A stretch of 64,000 bases of DNA from Nitrospirota bacterium (lineage in GTDB: Bacteria; Nitrospirota; UBA9217): positions 58,560 through 122,559 of the forward strand of contig CAWIYV010000013.1 in assembly GCA_963840455.1 (NCBI GenBank), in the 5' to 3' direction. A program made the position numbers and the translations under genes. Below the pieces are notes generated by a model. The model had not been told where the DNA came from. It worked only from the letters and a program-made list of their open reading frames with translations, and did not search any database. Below, one piece after another: positions 1 through 10,333 of this stretch (position 1 is its first letter; every line of letters starts with the position of its first letter).

Positions 1-49
1 CGCCGGCCAGGGCAACAGGCACCCGGTCGTTTTGGGAACTCTCAGACAT
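1..49 (-). CDS. 5' end of a gene running off the window (MSESSQNDRVPVALAG...)
   Basis: Minus-strand ATG at 49, 7 nt downstream of an extended -10 (TGgTATAAT); frame open to the window edge; product unknown. Confidence 0.5.
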   Translation of the reverse strand, partial: MSESSQNDRVPVALAG

Positions 50-162
50 GGCACGGATTATACCAGTTTTATGCAGTTATTTGTAGGGATTATCGTGTTC
101 TTGTGCGGTCACGGGGCGTTTCCCCCTTTACCTTGAGCTCCGGTCTGTGCTAATATGCGTCC

Positions 163-1620
163 GTGAACGACAAGCCCGTCATCATCCCCAGGACAGAACA
201 TCCCATCTCCCGCAAGTGGATCAGCCCCAACGCAGTCCGGGTCCTCTACCGCCTCAAGGAATCGGGGCATCTTGCCTACCTTGTCGGCGGCGGTGTGCGC
301 GATCTGCTCCTCGGACGCGAGCCCAAGGACTTCGATATCGCCACGGACGCCAGCCCCAACGAGGTGAAGAAGATCTTCCGGAACTGCAGGCTCATCGGCA
401 GGCGGTTCCGCCTCGCCCACATCCACTTCCATGATGAGATCATCGAGGTCGCCACGTTCCGCTCCAACATCACCGACGAGCCGGAGGCACCGGCAGCATC
501 CGGAGCCGTCGCCGTCGCGCCGGAACCGCCCGCACCCGCGCCCGGGGGGCAATCGACGCCCGTGTCGGCCGAAGCTGCTGTTACCGCGCGGCCCCGTCCG
601 CCCCGCATGCTCAAGACCGAGGAAGGCATGATCCTCCGGGACAACGTCTTCGGCACGCCGGAACAGGACGCGATCCGCAGGGACTTCACCGTGAACGCCC
701 TGTTCTACAGCATCGCCGACTATTCGGTCATCGATTACGTGAACGGCATGGAGGACATCCGGAGGGGCCTCATCCGCATCATCGGCGATCCCGTGGTCCG
801 GTTCACCGAGGACCCGGTGCGCATGGTGCGCGCCGTGCGGTTCGCGGCCCTGCTGGGCTTCGAGATCGAGGCGAAAACATACGTAGCCCTGCTGGAGCAC
901 AAGGATAAGATCGCCCTGGCGTCGCCGGCGCGGATGTACGAGGAGGTGCAGAAGCTCTTCCTGCTTGGCGAGGGAGAGAAGACCTTCCAGGTGCTGCGCC
1001 ACACCGGCATGTTCGGCGTGTTGTTCCCGCACATCAACGCGTGGATCGACTCCGAGGAAGGCGGTTTTCCGCACACCTGGGTGGGCAAGGCGCTCGAGTG
1101 GGTGGACACGTGCGTGCAGGCGGGCAGGAAGGTGGAGCCGCACATCCTGTTCAGCCTCATGTTCGGACAGTATATCGAGGAGAAGTGGACGCGGCTCCGG
1201 GACTCCGGCATGGTCCCGCTCGACGCGTTGGACAAGGCTGTCGCGGAGTTCCTCGGCGAGGTTGTCCCCCGCGTGCAGATCCCGCGCAAGGCCGCGCTCG
1301 CGATCCGGGATATCCTTTGGAACCAGGGACGGTTCGAGAAGACCCAGGGCAAGGCGCCGCTGTATTTCCTGCGGCGTCCCGGTTTCAGCGGCACCTTCGA
1401 GTACCTCCGGTTCACGAGCGAGCTCACCGGCGAGCGGCTCGAGCTCCGGGCCTGGTGGAAGGACTTCATCCGGTCCCATCCGGAGGTGCCGGGAGAGGCC
1501 CCGCTGCCCGCACCAGCGAAGGGCCCGGCCCGGCCGGCCCAGTCGAAACGGCCGGACGAACGGAAGCGGCGCAGACGGCCGCGCAGAAGAGGGCCAAAGC
1601 CGGGAGCACCTCAGGCCTGA
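163..1620 (+). CDS. pcnB: poly(A) polymerase I
   Basis: GGGVRDLLLGREPKDFDIAT, PAP signature LIGRRFRLAHI, RRDFTVNAL, EDPVRMVRA; Arg-rich C-terminus. Confidence 0.93.
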   Translation: MNDKPVIIPRTEHPISRKWISPNAVRVLYRLKESGHLAYLVGGGVRDLLLGREPKDFDIATDASPNEVKKIFRNCRLIGRRFRLAHIHFHDEIIEVATFRSNITDEPEAPAASGAVAVAPEPPAPAPGGQSTPVSAEAAVTARPRPPRMLKTEEGMILRDNVFGTPEQDAIRRDFTVNALFYSIADYSVIDYVNGMEDIRRGLIRIIGDPVVRFTEDPVRMVRAVRFAALLGFEIEAKTYVALLEHKDKIALASPARMYEEVQKLFLLGEGEKTFQVLRHTGMFGVLFPHINAWIDSEEGGFPHTWVGKALEWVDTCVQAGRKVEPHILFSLMFGQYIEEKWTRLRDSGMVPLDALDKAVAEFLGEVVPRVQIPRKAALAIRDILWNQGRFEKTQGKAPLYFLRRPGFSGTFEYLRFTSELTGERLELRAWWKDFIRSHPEVPGEAPLPAPAKGPARPAQSKRPDERKRRRRPRRRGPKPGAPQA

Positions 1621-1671
1621 TCCCTCGACTCAGGATCAAGAACGTTGGACCGCTATGGCCAAAAAGAGGGC

Positions 1672-1759
1672 CACGCTGACGCGCAAAGAGCGCCAAGAAC
1701 AGCTTCAGCGGTCTATTCGAGAGTTAAGATTTCCTTCGCGATCTTCGCGCCTTCGCAGT
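1672..1759. repeat. family C long imperfect palindrome with 9-mer-periodic arms
   Basis: cgcgcaaagagcgccaagaa ... ttccttcgcgatcttcgcgccttcgc; followed by a TTGAATC heptamer tract at ~1775-1794. Confidence 0.6.
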
Positions 1760-1810
1760 AGAAGCCGTACCCTTTTGAATCTTGAATCTTGAATTTTTAT
1801 TGTGACCCTC

Positions 1811-2551
1811 ATGTCCAAGCCCCCCCGATTCTTCATAGCTCCCGACCAGGTCCGCGATCCCTCCATTTCGATCATGGGTGAAGATGTGCGCCATATCCGC
1901 ACGGTCCTCAGGAAAGGGCCGGGAGACCAGCTCATCCTGCTGGACGGACAAGGCAGGGAATATACCGTCAGGATCACGATGATAGAACGATCGAAGATCG
2001 ACACCGAGATCATCGACCGGAAGGAGCGGACGACCGCTCCCCCCGTCGTCATCCTGGGGCAGGGCCTGCCCAAGTCCGACAAGATGGACTGGATCGTACA
2101 GAAGTCCACGGAGCTGGGCGTGTCCGCCATCGTACCGCTTGTCACCGAGCGGACGGTCGTGAAGATCAGAGATGAGGAGAAACGCGTCGCCCGCTGGCAG
2201 AAGATCTGCCGCGAAGCAGCCATGCAGAGCGACCGGCCGGACATCCCGATGGTCGAGGCTGTCCGGCCATTCGGCGAATTCGTCGGGACCCTGGCCCCTG
2301 GCCCCCAGACACTGCTTCTTTTTCCCTGGGAAGAGGGGACGCAGCCCATCAAAGTGGTCCTTCGGAGGACGCAGGGCATCGAGAAGGTCATCGTTCTCAT
2401 CGGGCCCGAGGGCGGGTTCTCGCAGGCAGAGGCGGACCTTGCGGAAAAAAAAGGGTTCCACCTCATCAGCCTCGGTCCGAACATTCTGCGCACCGAGACC
2501 GCCGCAGTGGCGGTGCTCAGCATGGTCCTCTATGAAACAAGCACCACATAG
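1811..2551 (+). CDS. rsmE: 16S rRNA m3U1498 methyltransferase
   Basis: HIRTVLR, KMDWIVQKSTELGV, IGPEGGFS, LGPNILRTETA. Confidence 0.95.
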   Translation: MSKPPRFFIAPDQVRDPSISIMGEDVRHIRTVLRKGPGDQLILLDGQGREYTVRITMIERSKIDTEIIDRKERTTAPPVVILGQGLPKSDKMDWIVQKSTELGVSAIVPLVTERTVVKIRDEEKRVARWQKICREAAMQSDRPDIPMVEAVRPFGEFVGTLAPGPQTLLLFPWEEGTQPIKVVLRRTQGIEKVIVLIGPEGGFSQAEADLAEKKGFHLISLGPNILRTETAAVAVLSMVLYETSTT

Positions 2552-2648
2552 CAGATCCCAAATTATCAAGAATGCTCAAAGGACAATACGTTTGGAGATT
2601 ATTTTGGACAGGGAAATTGAGATTGGACCTTCCGTTCCGGTATTTCCC

Positions 2649-2678
2649 TTGACACTACAATATAGGGGATGTTAATAT
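2649..2678 (+). promoter_or_regulatory. sigma70-type promoter of the rpiB-glyA operon
   Basis: TTGACA-N18-TAATAT with a TG extension. Confidence 0.6.
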
Positions 2679-2717
2679 CAAGGCCTTGTCGATACGGGGG
2701 AAAGGACGTTTAGCTCC

Positions 2718-3173
2718 ATGAAACTGGCCATTGGCGCGGACCACGGCGGCTACGTGTTGAAGAAAGAGGTCGTCGACTTCCTCAGCAAGATCAAGAACAT
2801 CGAGGTCGTTGACTACGGGACATCGGGTCCGGAGTCCGTGGATTATCCTGACTTCGGCAAGAAGGTGTCCGAGGCCGTATCGAACGGCACCGCGGACCGG
2901 GGCATCCTCATCTGCGGCACTGGCATCGGCATGTCCATCGTCGCCAACCGCTTCCCCAGGGTGCGGGCCGCGCTCTGCCACGACAACTTCACGGCACGGA
3001 TGAGCCGCCTGCACAATGACGCCAACGTCCTGGTGATGGGCGAACGGGTCATCGGCAGGGGGGTGGCCCTCGACATCGTCAAGACATGGCTCGAGACCGA
3101 GTTCGAGGGGAGCCGGCACCAGCGCCGTCTCGAAAAGATCGAGCAGATCGAGAAGTCCCTCACGTCGAAATAA
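2718..3173 (+). CDS. rpiB: ribose-5-phosphate isomerase B
   Basis: GADHGG, DYPD, CGTGIGMSIVAN, HNDANVL, RHQRR. Confidence 0.95.
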   Translation: MKLAIGADHGGYVLKKEVVDFLSKIKNIEVVDYGTSGPESVDYPDFGKKVSEAVSNGTADRGILICGTGIGMSIVANRFPRVRAALCHDNFTARMSRLHNDANVLVMGERVIGRGVALDIVKTWLETEFEGSRHQRRLEKIEQIEKSLTSK

Positions 3174-3191
3174 CCGTAAAAGACTGTTTTA

Positions 3192-3275
3192 CCGCTGAGC
3201 ACGCGGAGCTCGCGGAAAAAAAAGGTTATTATTCTTATTACCGAAAAAACTCTGCGTCCTCTGCGGTCTCAGCGG
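3192..3275. repeat. family C long palindrome
   Basis: ccgctgagcacgcggagctcgcgga / tctgcgtcctctgcggtctcagcgg around an AT-rich loop. Confidence 0.7.
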
Positions 3276-3319
3276 CAACGCCGGGTTGGTAATTTTAAAG
3301 AGAGTAAAAGGATAGCATC

Positions 3320-4573
3320 ATGTCAGAGCTGCAGGATACGGACGTCGAGGTCTACAACGCCATCAGGAGCGAGGAACAGCGCGAGCTCACCAAGATCCTT
3401 CTGATCGCGTCGGAGAACTGCGTGAGCAAGGCGGTCCTGGAGGCGCAGGGATCGGTGTTCACGAACAAGTACGCGGAAGGGTATCCCAACCGGCGCTACT
3501 ACGGCGGCTGCGAGTTCGCCGACAGGGTGGAATCCCTGGCCATCGAGCGGGCGAGGCGGCTCTTCGGCTGCGAGCACGTGAACGTCCAGCCGCACTCCGG
3601 CTCGTCAGCGAATATGGCGGTCTATTTCAGCGTGCTCCAGCCGGGCGACGCCATCCTCGGCATGGCACTGCCTCACGGCGGCCACCTGACCCACGGCGCA
3701 TCCGTGAGCTTCTCGGGCCAGCTCTACAAGTCCTTTTCTTACCCCGTGGACAAGAAGACCGAACTGCTCGACTATGACGAGGTGGAGCGGCTCGCCTTGG
3801 AGCACAAGCCCAAGATGATCGTGGCGGGCTATAGCGCCTATTCGCGGGCCATCGACTTCGGCCGGTTCCGGAGGATCGCAGACAAGGTCGGCGCCTACCT
3901 CATGGCCGACATCGCCCATATCGCCGGCCTCGTTGCCGCGGGCGAGCACCCGAGCCCGGTGCCCCATGCCGATTTCGTGACCACGACCACGCACAAGACG
4001 CTGCGCGGTCCGCGCGGAGGCATGATCATGTGCAAGGAGAAGTTCGCGAAGGCCGTGGACAAGGTCATCTTCCCCGGCATCCAGGGAGGACCGCTGGTGC
4101 ACGTCATCGCTGCCAAGGCCGTTTCTTTCAAGGAAGCGCTCATGCCGGAGTTCAGGGACTATCAGCGCCAGGTCGTGAAGAACGCGAAGGCGCTGGCGAA
4201 GCGTTTGGCCGAGGACGGCTTCCGCATCGTCTCGGGCGGCACGGACAACCACCTCATGCTCGTGGACCTGACACCCAAGAACATAACGGGCCGCGACGCC
4301 GAGATCGCCCTCGACGCAGCAGGGATCACGGTGAACAAGAACAGCATCCCCTATGACCAGAAGCCGCCGGTCACCACAAGCGGCATCCGGCTCGGCACGC
4401 CCCTGGTCACCACGCGCGGCATGCGCGAACCGGAGATGAAGATCGTCGGCGATCTCATCTGCGATGCGTTGGCGAACATCAGCGACGCCGAGAAACTGGC
4501 GGCCATCAAGCAGCGTACGAAGGAGTTCTGCGGCAAATACCCCATGTTCGCGATGGACAAGGTCAGTGCCTAA
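3320..4573 (+). CDS. glyA: serine hydroxymethyltransferase
   Basis: [17 protein letters not shown]-lysine motif [14 protein letters not shown]. Confidence 0.97.
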   Translation: MSELQDTDVEVYNAIRSEEQRELTKILLIASENCVSKAVLEAQGSVFTNKYAEGYPNRRYYGGCEFADRVESLAIERARRLFGCEHVNVQPHSGSSANMAVYFSVLQPGDAILGMALPHGGHLTHGASVSFSGQLYKSFSYPVDKKTELLDYDEVERLALEHKPKMIVAGYSAYSRAIDFGRFRRIADKVGAYLMADIAHIAGLVAAGEHPSPVPHADFVTTTTHKTLRGPRGGMIMCKEKFAKAVDKVIFPGIQGGPLVHVIAAKAVSFKEALMPEFRDYQRQVVKNAKALAKRLAEDGFRIVSGGTDNHLMLVDLTPKNITGRDAEIALDAAGITVNKNSIPYDQKPPVTTSGIRLGTPLVTTRGMREPEMKIVGDLICDALANISDAEKLAAIKQRTKEFCGKYPMFAMDKVSA

Positions 4574-5030
4574 ACACGAGCGTCCCTCGTGGGACGAATA
4601 CTTCATGGAGATCGCGCACCTGGTGAAGAAGCGCGCCACGTGCCTCCGCCGCCAGGTGGGCGCGGTGCTGGTGAAGGACAAGAACATCCTGGCAACGGGG
4701 TACAACGGCACGCCGTCAGGCATCGAACACTGCCTCACCCGCGGCTGCCTCCGGGAACAGCTCGGCATTCCCTCGGGCGAGCGCCACGAGATCTGCCGGG
4801 GCCTCCACGCCGAGCAGAACGCCATCATCCAGGCGGCCAAGCACGGCACGAACATCGAGGGCGCGACCCTCTACTGTACGAACCAGCCCTGCGGCATCTG
4901 CGCCAAGATGATCATCAACGCGGGCATCAAGAAGCTCATCTTCGATGACGGGTATCCCGACCAGCTCGCAGCCGAGATGATCAAGGAATCGGGGCTCGAG
5001 GTGGTGCAATACAAGAAGGCCAGTTCATAG
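4566..5030 (+). CDS. dCMP deaminase / ComEB family zinc deaminase
   Basis: [26 protein letters not shown]; GTG start overlaps the glyA stop. Confidence 0.92.
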   Translation: MPKHERPSWDEYFMEIAHLVKKRATCLRRQVGAVLVKDKNILATGYNGTPSGIEHCLTRGCLREQLGIPSGERHEICRGLHAEQNAIIQAAKHGTNIEGATLYCTNQPCGICAKMIINAGIKKLIFDDGYPDQLAAEMIKESGLEVVQYKKASS

Positions 5031-5092
5031 CTGATAGCTCATCGTCACTGCAGTTGCTATGACCTGTGAGCCAGGAGCAAAGAGCTAAAATC

Positions 5093-5593
5093 ATGCGCTG
5101 CCCCTACTGCACCAGCATCGACAACAAAGTGGTTGACTCCCGGTTGGGGAAGGAAGGCGAAACCATCCGCCGGAGGCGAGAGTGCCTCAAGTGCGAAGGC
5201 CGCTTCACCACCTACGAGCGCGTCGAGGAGGTCCTGCCCTCGGTCATCAAGAAGGACGGCCGGCGCGAGCCTTACGACCGCATGAAGATCCTGAGCGGCC
5301 TCACGAAGGCCTGCGAAAAACGCCCCATCAGTGTCGAGGTCCTCGAGAAGTGCGTCGACAATATTGAGAAATCCATGCAGGAAAAGGGCTTCAAGGAGAT
5401 CCCGAGCAAGGCCATCGGCGAAGAAGTGATGAACCAGCTCCACAACCTCGACGAGGTCGCCTACGTGCGGTTCGCGTCGGTCTACCGTTCCTTCAAGGAC
5501 ATCAACGAGTTCATGAGAGAGCTCAAGGATATCCTGAACGAGAAGGAAACGCATCCGGAAAGGCAGAAGTTAGAGGACAGAAATAAGAAGTAG
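5093..5593 (+). CDS. nrdR: ribonucleotide reductase repressor NrdR
   Basis: MRCPYC, IRRRREC..C..RFTTYE, ATP cone, [10 protein letters not shown]. Confidence 0.96.
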   Translation: MRCPYCTSIDNKVVDSRLGKEGETIRRRRECLKCEGRFTTYERVEEVLPSVIKKDGRREPYDRMKILSGLTKACEKRPISVEVLEKCVDNIEKSMQEKGFKEIPSKAIGEEVMNQLHNLDEVAYVRFASVYRSFKDINEFMRELKDILNEKETHPERQKLEDRNKK

Positions 5594-5609
5594 GAAGATC
5601 TCTCCCGTG

Positions 5610-5719
5610 TTGAAGCTCCCTACTGCGAGAGGCATGGAGCTTCGATCCTCAGGGAACAACGGTATTCTAATCGCTCGCTAACCCCGCAGCAAGCTGCGGG
5701 GAATGCGCTCGCTCCTGGA
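5610..5719 (-). mobile_element. element A copy (~105-bp non-autonomous hairpin element)
   Basis: Reverse complement of TCCAGGAGCGAGCGCATTCCCCG...GAGGATCGAAG...GCTTCAA; preceded by TGAA on the minus strand. Confidence 0.8.
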
Positions 5720-5783
5720 TTCATCGGCTGTCGTTCGTTGCCGTACATTCCGCGTTCCGCACTCCGCACTCCGCAATCGCATC

Positions 5784-7958
5784 ATGCCTGAATTCATCGT
5801 CGACATAGCCGTCCCGGTCTCCGTCCAGAAAACCTTCCATTATCTTGCCGCCGAAGAACTGCGAAGCTTGCTGTCCGTTGGTTCGCGCGTGCTGGTGCCC
5901 TTCGGGACCAGGCGCGTGACGGGCACGGTCGTGGGGTTCCCCGGCACCGCCGGCAGGGAAGGACTCAAGAAGGTCATTGAGGTGCTGGGCGATCCGCTGT
6001 CGCCGGACCTCATGCAGCTCGCCCGCTGGATGTCCGACTACTATCTGCATCCCCTCGGTCTTTCGATCGAGACCATGGTGCCCCGGGCGCTCGGCGCCGC
6101 CAGGGTCAGGACCCAAAGGTTCCTCCAATTGCTCTCCGGCGACCACGATGTGAATCTGGTCCGCGGGCCGAAACAGAGCGAGCTCCTGTTCCTGTTGTGC
6201 GATCGCCAGACGATCCCCTTTGACGAGTTGGGCAGGTACTCGTCCGCCACGATAAAGGCCCTGGTCGAGCGCGGGATGGCGGAGATCGTCGAGAAGGCGG
6301 TCGAGCAGGCCATGGAGCAACCGGCGTTCGTCCCGGACCGGGCGCCGGAGCTCATGCCGGAGCAGGCGGAGGCCGTGCGCCTGATCGGCGGAGCAGCGGC
6401 TGCTGGATCCTTCGAGGCATTCCTGCTTCACGGCGTGACGGGGAGCGGCAAGACCGAGGTGTATCTGCACTGCATCGCCTCGCTTGCCCGGACCGGCAAA
6501 GGCGCCATCGTGCTGGTCCCCGAGATCGCGCTTACGCCGCAGCTCCTGGGCCGCTTCCGGAAGCGCTTCGGCGGCCGCGTGGCCGTGCTGCACAGCGGAC
6601 TGACGGACCGGGAGCGGGCCGACGAGTACCGGCGCATTGGCGCCGGCCTCGTGGACGTGGCGATTGGCGCCCGGTCCGCGGTGTTCGCGCCCTTTCCGAA
6701 GCTCGGACTCGTGGTGGTGGACGAGGAGCACGAGAACTCGTACAAGCAGGACGACGGCCTGCGCTACCACGCCCGCGACGTGGCCGTGGTGCGGGCAAAG
6801 TTCCAGGGGGCCGTCTGCGTCCTCGGTTCTGCCACGCCTTCCCTTGAAAGCTATTACAACGCCAAGGCCGGCAAGTACCGGTATGTGCGCATCGCGAACC
6901 GCGTCGACCACCGCCCCATGCCGGGCGTTTCCATCATCGACATGAGGACCCAACCCAAGGCATCGGTCTATGCACCGGCACTGGTCGCCGCCGTGCAGCA
7001 GCGGCTGGAGAAAAAGGAGCAGTCGCTCCTGCTCCTGAACCGGAGGGGGTTCTCGTCGGTGCTGATCTGCGGCGACTGCGGCAAGGCCATCCAGTGCCCG
7101 AGCTGCAGCGTGTCCCTCACCTTCCACAAGAGCGAGCGCAAGCTCAAGTGCCACTACTGCGACTTTCACACAGCCCCACCGGAAAGATGCGCGGTCTGCG
7201 GCGGTGTGAACGTGAAGCCGCTCGGCACGGGCACGCAAAGAGTTGAAGAAGAAGTTGTAGCGCTCTTCCCCGGGGCGCGCATCGCCCGGATGGACAGCGA
7301 CAACACCCGCGGCCGGGACGCCCATGACCGCCTCCTCGGCCGGGTGGACCGCGGAGAGGTCGATATCCTGCTTGGGACGCAGATGATCGCCAAGGGCCAC
7401 GACTTCCCGGCGGTGACGCTTGTGGGCGCAGTGGACGCCGACGTGGGCCTGAACATCCCGGACTTCCGCTCCGCCGAAAAGACCTTCCAGCTCATCACCC
7501 AGGCGGCCGGGCGGGCCGGGAGGGGAGAGGCAGCGGGCGAGGTCATTATCCAGACCATGAATCCCGGCCACTACTCCCTCCGGCACAGCATGACCCACGA
7601 CTACGACGGGTTCTACGGCGAGGAGATCGCCTACCGCACCGAGCTCGGCTATCCGCCGGTCCGCAGGGTCGTCAAGATCGAGGTGAAGAGCGGCCAGGAG
7701 AAGACCGCGGCCGACGCGGCAAAGGTCGCGAAGGACCGCGTCCGGTCCCTGCTCAAGGGGAAGGAAACAACACTCCTCGGGCCGGCGCCGTCTCCCATCG
7801 CACGGGTCCGCGGAAAGTACCGCTTTCAGATGCTGCTGCTGTCGTCGAAGCGGGAGACGCTCCGGATGCTGGCAGTCGAGGCGCGGAAGGCCGTGGAGGA
7901 CAAGTTCAAGAACAAGGTCCAGGTGATCGTGGACGTGGACCCGGTCAATCTGATGTGA
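5784..7958 (+). CDS. priA: primosomal protein N' (helicase)
   Basis: GVTGSGKT, DEEH, GSATPS, Cys-rich zinc region, QAAGRAGR. Confidence 0.96.
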   Translation: MPEFIVDIAVPVSVQKTFHYLAAEELRSLLSVGSRVLVPFGTRRVTGTVVGFPGTAGREGLKKVIEVLGDPLSPDLMQLARWMSDYYLHPLGLSIETMVPRALGAARVRTQRFLQLLSGDHDVNLVRGPKQSELLFLLCDRQTIPFDELGRYSSATIKALVERGMAEIVEKAVEQAMEQPAFVPDRAPELMPEQAEAVRLIGGAAAAGSFEAFLLHGVTGSGKTEVYLHCIASLARTGKGAIVLVPEIALTPQLLGRFRKRFGGRVAVLHSGLTDRERADEYRRIGAGLVDVAIGARSAVFAPFPKLGLVVVDEEHENSYKQDDGLRYHARDVAVVRAKFQGAVCVLGSATPSLESYYNAKAGKYRYVRIANRVDHRPMPGVSIIDMRTQPKASVYAPALVAAVQQRLEKKEQSLLLLNRRGFSSVLICGDCGKAIQCPSCSVSLTFHKSERKLKCHYCDFHTAPPERCAVCGGVNVKPLGTGTQRVEEEVVALFPGARIARMDSDNTRGRDAHDRLLGRVDRGEVDILLGTQMIAKGHDFPAVTLVGAVDADVGLNIPDFRSAEKTFQLITQAAGRAGRGEAAGEVIIQTMNPGHYSLRHSMTHDYDGFYGEEIAYRTELGYPPVRRVVKIEVKSGQEKTAADAAKVAKDRVRSLLKGKETTLLGPAPSPIARVRGKYRFQMLLLSSKRETLRMLAVEARKAVEDKFKNKVQVIVDVDPVNLM

Positions 7959-8259
7959 TGAAACTGACTATCGGTTGGTCGGCTCGCCGCGGTGCTATTT
8001 TCTTATTTTGGGCCGCCCGGTGCAACGCTGTGCTAAGCATGCAGGAATACTGATGCACGTTCCTGACAAGTGCCCATGTTCCCGGCAGCGCTTACCCTTC
8101 GGACGCGCTGCTTTCCGGTTGGTTCTTGTTCGGTGGAGGTTGGGGCATGCGTAACGCACAATCGTCGCAGCCGAGCTACCCGGGGTGGGGGTAAGGCAAG
8201 ATCAAACCGCAGGGTTAGCGTTCGTTCCCGGGACGTGTGGGATGAGTAAGACCCGTGCG

Positions 8260-8498
8260 AAAATCAAGGCAGGCGACCGAGTCCGTGGGTGAAGCAAGTC
8301 GGACTGCCTGCACCCAGCGATCACGAGTGCAACAGCGCGAGTGTAGGCTGTCTGAGCCCGAAGGGCGAGTTTCCGAAATGTACCGAGGAAGACCGAGAAT
8401 GTAGCAAAGGTGTTTTCAGCGGGTGCCCTTCTTTTGGTCACTTTCTTGGGCACGCAAGAAAGGTGACAAAGAGCGAGCGGCAGCTGGCGTGCAGAAAA
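8260..8498 (-). repeat. family B structured element, partial/variant copy
   Basis: 8350-8472 is the reverse complement of the left module of the 51523-51640 copy (CACCTTTCTTGCGTGCCCAAGAAAG...AAACTCGCCCTTCGGGCTCAGACA). Confidence 0.75.
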
Positions 8499-8602
8499 AG
8501 GAGCTCTTAAAGCTCCCGTACGCACTGCATCGGAGATGATACAAAAGAAAAGAGCGGCATGCTTGAAGCATGGCCGCCCTTCGAGTTTGACATTGGATAG
8601 AA

Positions 8603-9043
8603 TTACGCTGCTTTGGCCTTTCCGAGCCGCGCTTCGAGCTTGATGTCGACGCTTGCGAGGGCCACGGATACCGGGCAGCCTTTCTTGGCAACCTCGGCCT
8701 TCTCGCGGAAGCGCGCCTCGTCAATGCCAGGGACGACTCCCTCAGTGTCCAGGTCGATCCCAATGATGCGGTAGCCGTCCCCGACCTTGTCAACCTTTAC
8801 CCGGGCCGTCGTGGTGATTCGTTCCGGCTTGTATCCTTCCTGATCGAGCATCAGGGCCAGCGCCATGGAGAAGCAGCCCGCATGGGCCGCGCCTATGAGC
8901 TCCTCGGGATTGGTCCCCGTGCCCGTTTCGAACCGGGACGCAAACGTGTAGCTCCCGTCAAAAGCGCCTTTGCCTATCTTCATTTTCCCTTTGCCGTTTT
9001 TTAGACCGCCTTCCCATACTGCGGTCGATGTACGTATCAACAT
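8603..9043 (-). CDS. osmC: OsmC family peroxiredoxin
   Basis: GTNPEELIGAAHAGCFSMAL and CPVSVAL. Confidence 0.92.
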   Translation of the reverse strand: MLIRTSTAVWEGGLKNGKGKMKIGKGAFDGSYTFASRFETGTGTNPEELIGAAHAGCFSMALALMLDQEGYKPERITTTARVKVDKVGDGYRIIGIDLDTEGVVPGIDEARFREKAEVAKKGCPVSVALASVDIKLEARLGKAKAA

Positions 9044-9196
9044 GATGCACCTCCTTGGATCAATTTCTCTATGTAAATGTTAGCACCATCGAACGGTAAA
9101 AGCCATGTATCAGAAGTATCAGTATGCATTGGTCGACGTATTGGCACGTCCCGCCCCGTCACAAGAACATCGTACACGGGCTGCGAAGCGGACCGC

Positions 9197-9226
9197 TTGA
9201 CACCGGGACGGGTGCGATGGTAATAT
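9197..9226 (+). promoter_or_regulatory. sigma70 promoter of the toxin-antitoxin operon
   Basis: TTGACA-N18-TAATAT with a TG extension; GGTCA direct repeat downstream (possible operator). Confidence 0.6.
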
Positions 9227-9266
9227 TGGTCAGAATTCAGGTCAACCTAAATTGGAGGTCGCTTGC

Positions 9267-9527
9267 ATGAAGACCTTGTCATTATCCGAGGCAAAGATGA
9301 AGTTGAGCAGTCTTGTCGATGCCGTTCAGGCCACGGACGAGGAAGTGCTCATCACGAGGAATGGCGCACCCGCGGCTGTACTGGTGAGCCCCGATGAGTT
9401 CGAGAGCCTCAAGGAGACCATCGCTGTGCGCTCAGACGCGGCGTTGATGCGGGAGATCAAAGAAGGGCTGAAGGATCTCAAACGAGGCAAGTCAAAGCTT
9501 TACACGCTCGAGGAACTCGTTGACTGA
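9267..9527 (+). CDS. Phd/YefM family antitoxin
   Basis: SLSEAKMKLSSLV, VLITRNGAPAAVLVS; GGAGG RBS. Confidence 0.9.
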   Translation: MKTLSLSEAKMKLSSLVDAVQATDEEVLITRNGAPAAVLVSPDEFESLKETIAVRSDAALMREIKEGLKDLKRGKSKLYTLEELVD

Positions 9528-9533
9528 AATGAT

Positions 9534-9833
9534 ATGACGCGGCAAACCAACAGAATTCGCGTTGCCGGCCATGCTGCCGAGGTTCTCCGCAACCTCCATC
9601 CGAACATTAAAAAGAAGCTCAAGGCGGCGTTCCATGCGATCATTGCCGATCCCTATGCAGGAAAAGCGCTCGGTGAGGAACTGTCTGGGCTGAGAAGCTA
9701 CCGCGTGAGCCGGTTCAGGGTTGTCTATCGTCTCGTGAAAGACAAACAGGTTGAGATCATCGCCGTCGGCCCCCGGGAGCGGATCTACGAGGAAACGTAC
9801 CGCCTGGTGCAGAAAGAAGAGAAAGAACGCTGA
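9534..9833 (+). CDS. RelE/ParE family toxin
   Basis: DPYAGKAL..ELSGLRSYRVSRFRVVY, IAVGPRERIY; directly follows the antitoxin. Confidence 0.88.
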   Translation: MTRQTNRIRVAGHAAEVLRNLHPNIKKKLKAAFHAIIADPYAGKALGEELSGLRSYRVSRFRVVYRLVKDKQVEIIAVGPRERIYEETYRLVQKEEKER

Positions 9834-9865
9834 TCATGGGTTGCGCCAGGACCGCGTGAACGAGT

Positions 9866-10333
9866 ATGACTGAGAAGAAAGAAGATACCACCGTCGCGAC
9901 GAACCGCAAGGCCTACCACGATTACTTCATCGAGGAGACCATCGAGGCGGGCATGGCGCTCCAGGGCACGGAGGTGAAGTCCCTGCGCATGGGCCTGGCC
10001 AACCTCTCGGACAGCTACGCCCTCATCCGGAAGGACGAGGTCTACCTCTTCAACGCCAACATCAGCCCCTATCCCCACGGCAACATCATGAACCACGAGC
10101 CGCTCAGGACGCGAAAGCTCCTGCTCCACCGTGCGGAGATCCGGAAGGTCATCGGCAAGATGCTCCAGAAGGGCTACACTCTCATCCCGCTCAAGATCTA
10201 CTTCGTCCGGGGCAAGGCCAAGGTGCTGATCGGGCTCGCCAAGGGCAAGAAGGCCTTCGACAAGCGCGACACCATCAAGGAGAAGGAATCGAAGCGCGAG
10301 ATGGAGCGCACGGTAAAAGAACGCAGCCGGTAG
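9866..10333 (+). CDS. smpB: SsrA-binding protein
   Basis: NRKAYHDY, LQGTEVKSLR, RKLLLH, KGKKAFDKR. Confidence 0.97.
   Translation: MTEKKEDTTVATNRKAYHDYFIEETIEAGMALQGTEVKSLRMGLANLSDSYALIRKDEVYLFNANISPYPHGNIMNHEPLRTRKLLLHRAEIRKVIGKMLQKGYTLIPLKIYFVRGKAKVLIGLAKGKKAFDKRDTIKEKESKREMERTVKERSR

Noticed and set aside
1655-1792. Small basic ORF MAKKRATLTRKERQ...
   Set aside because: Lies within a family C palindrome and heptamer tract; no RBS
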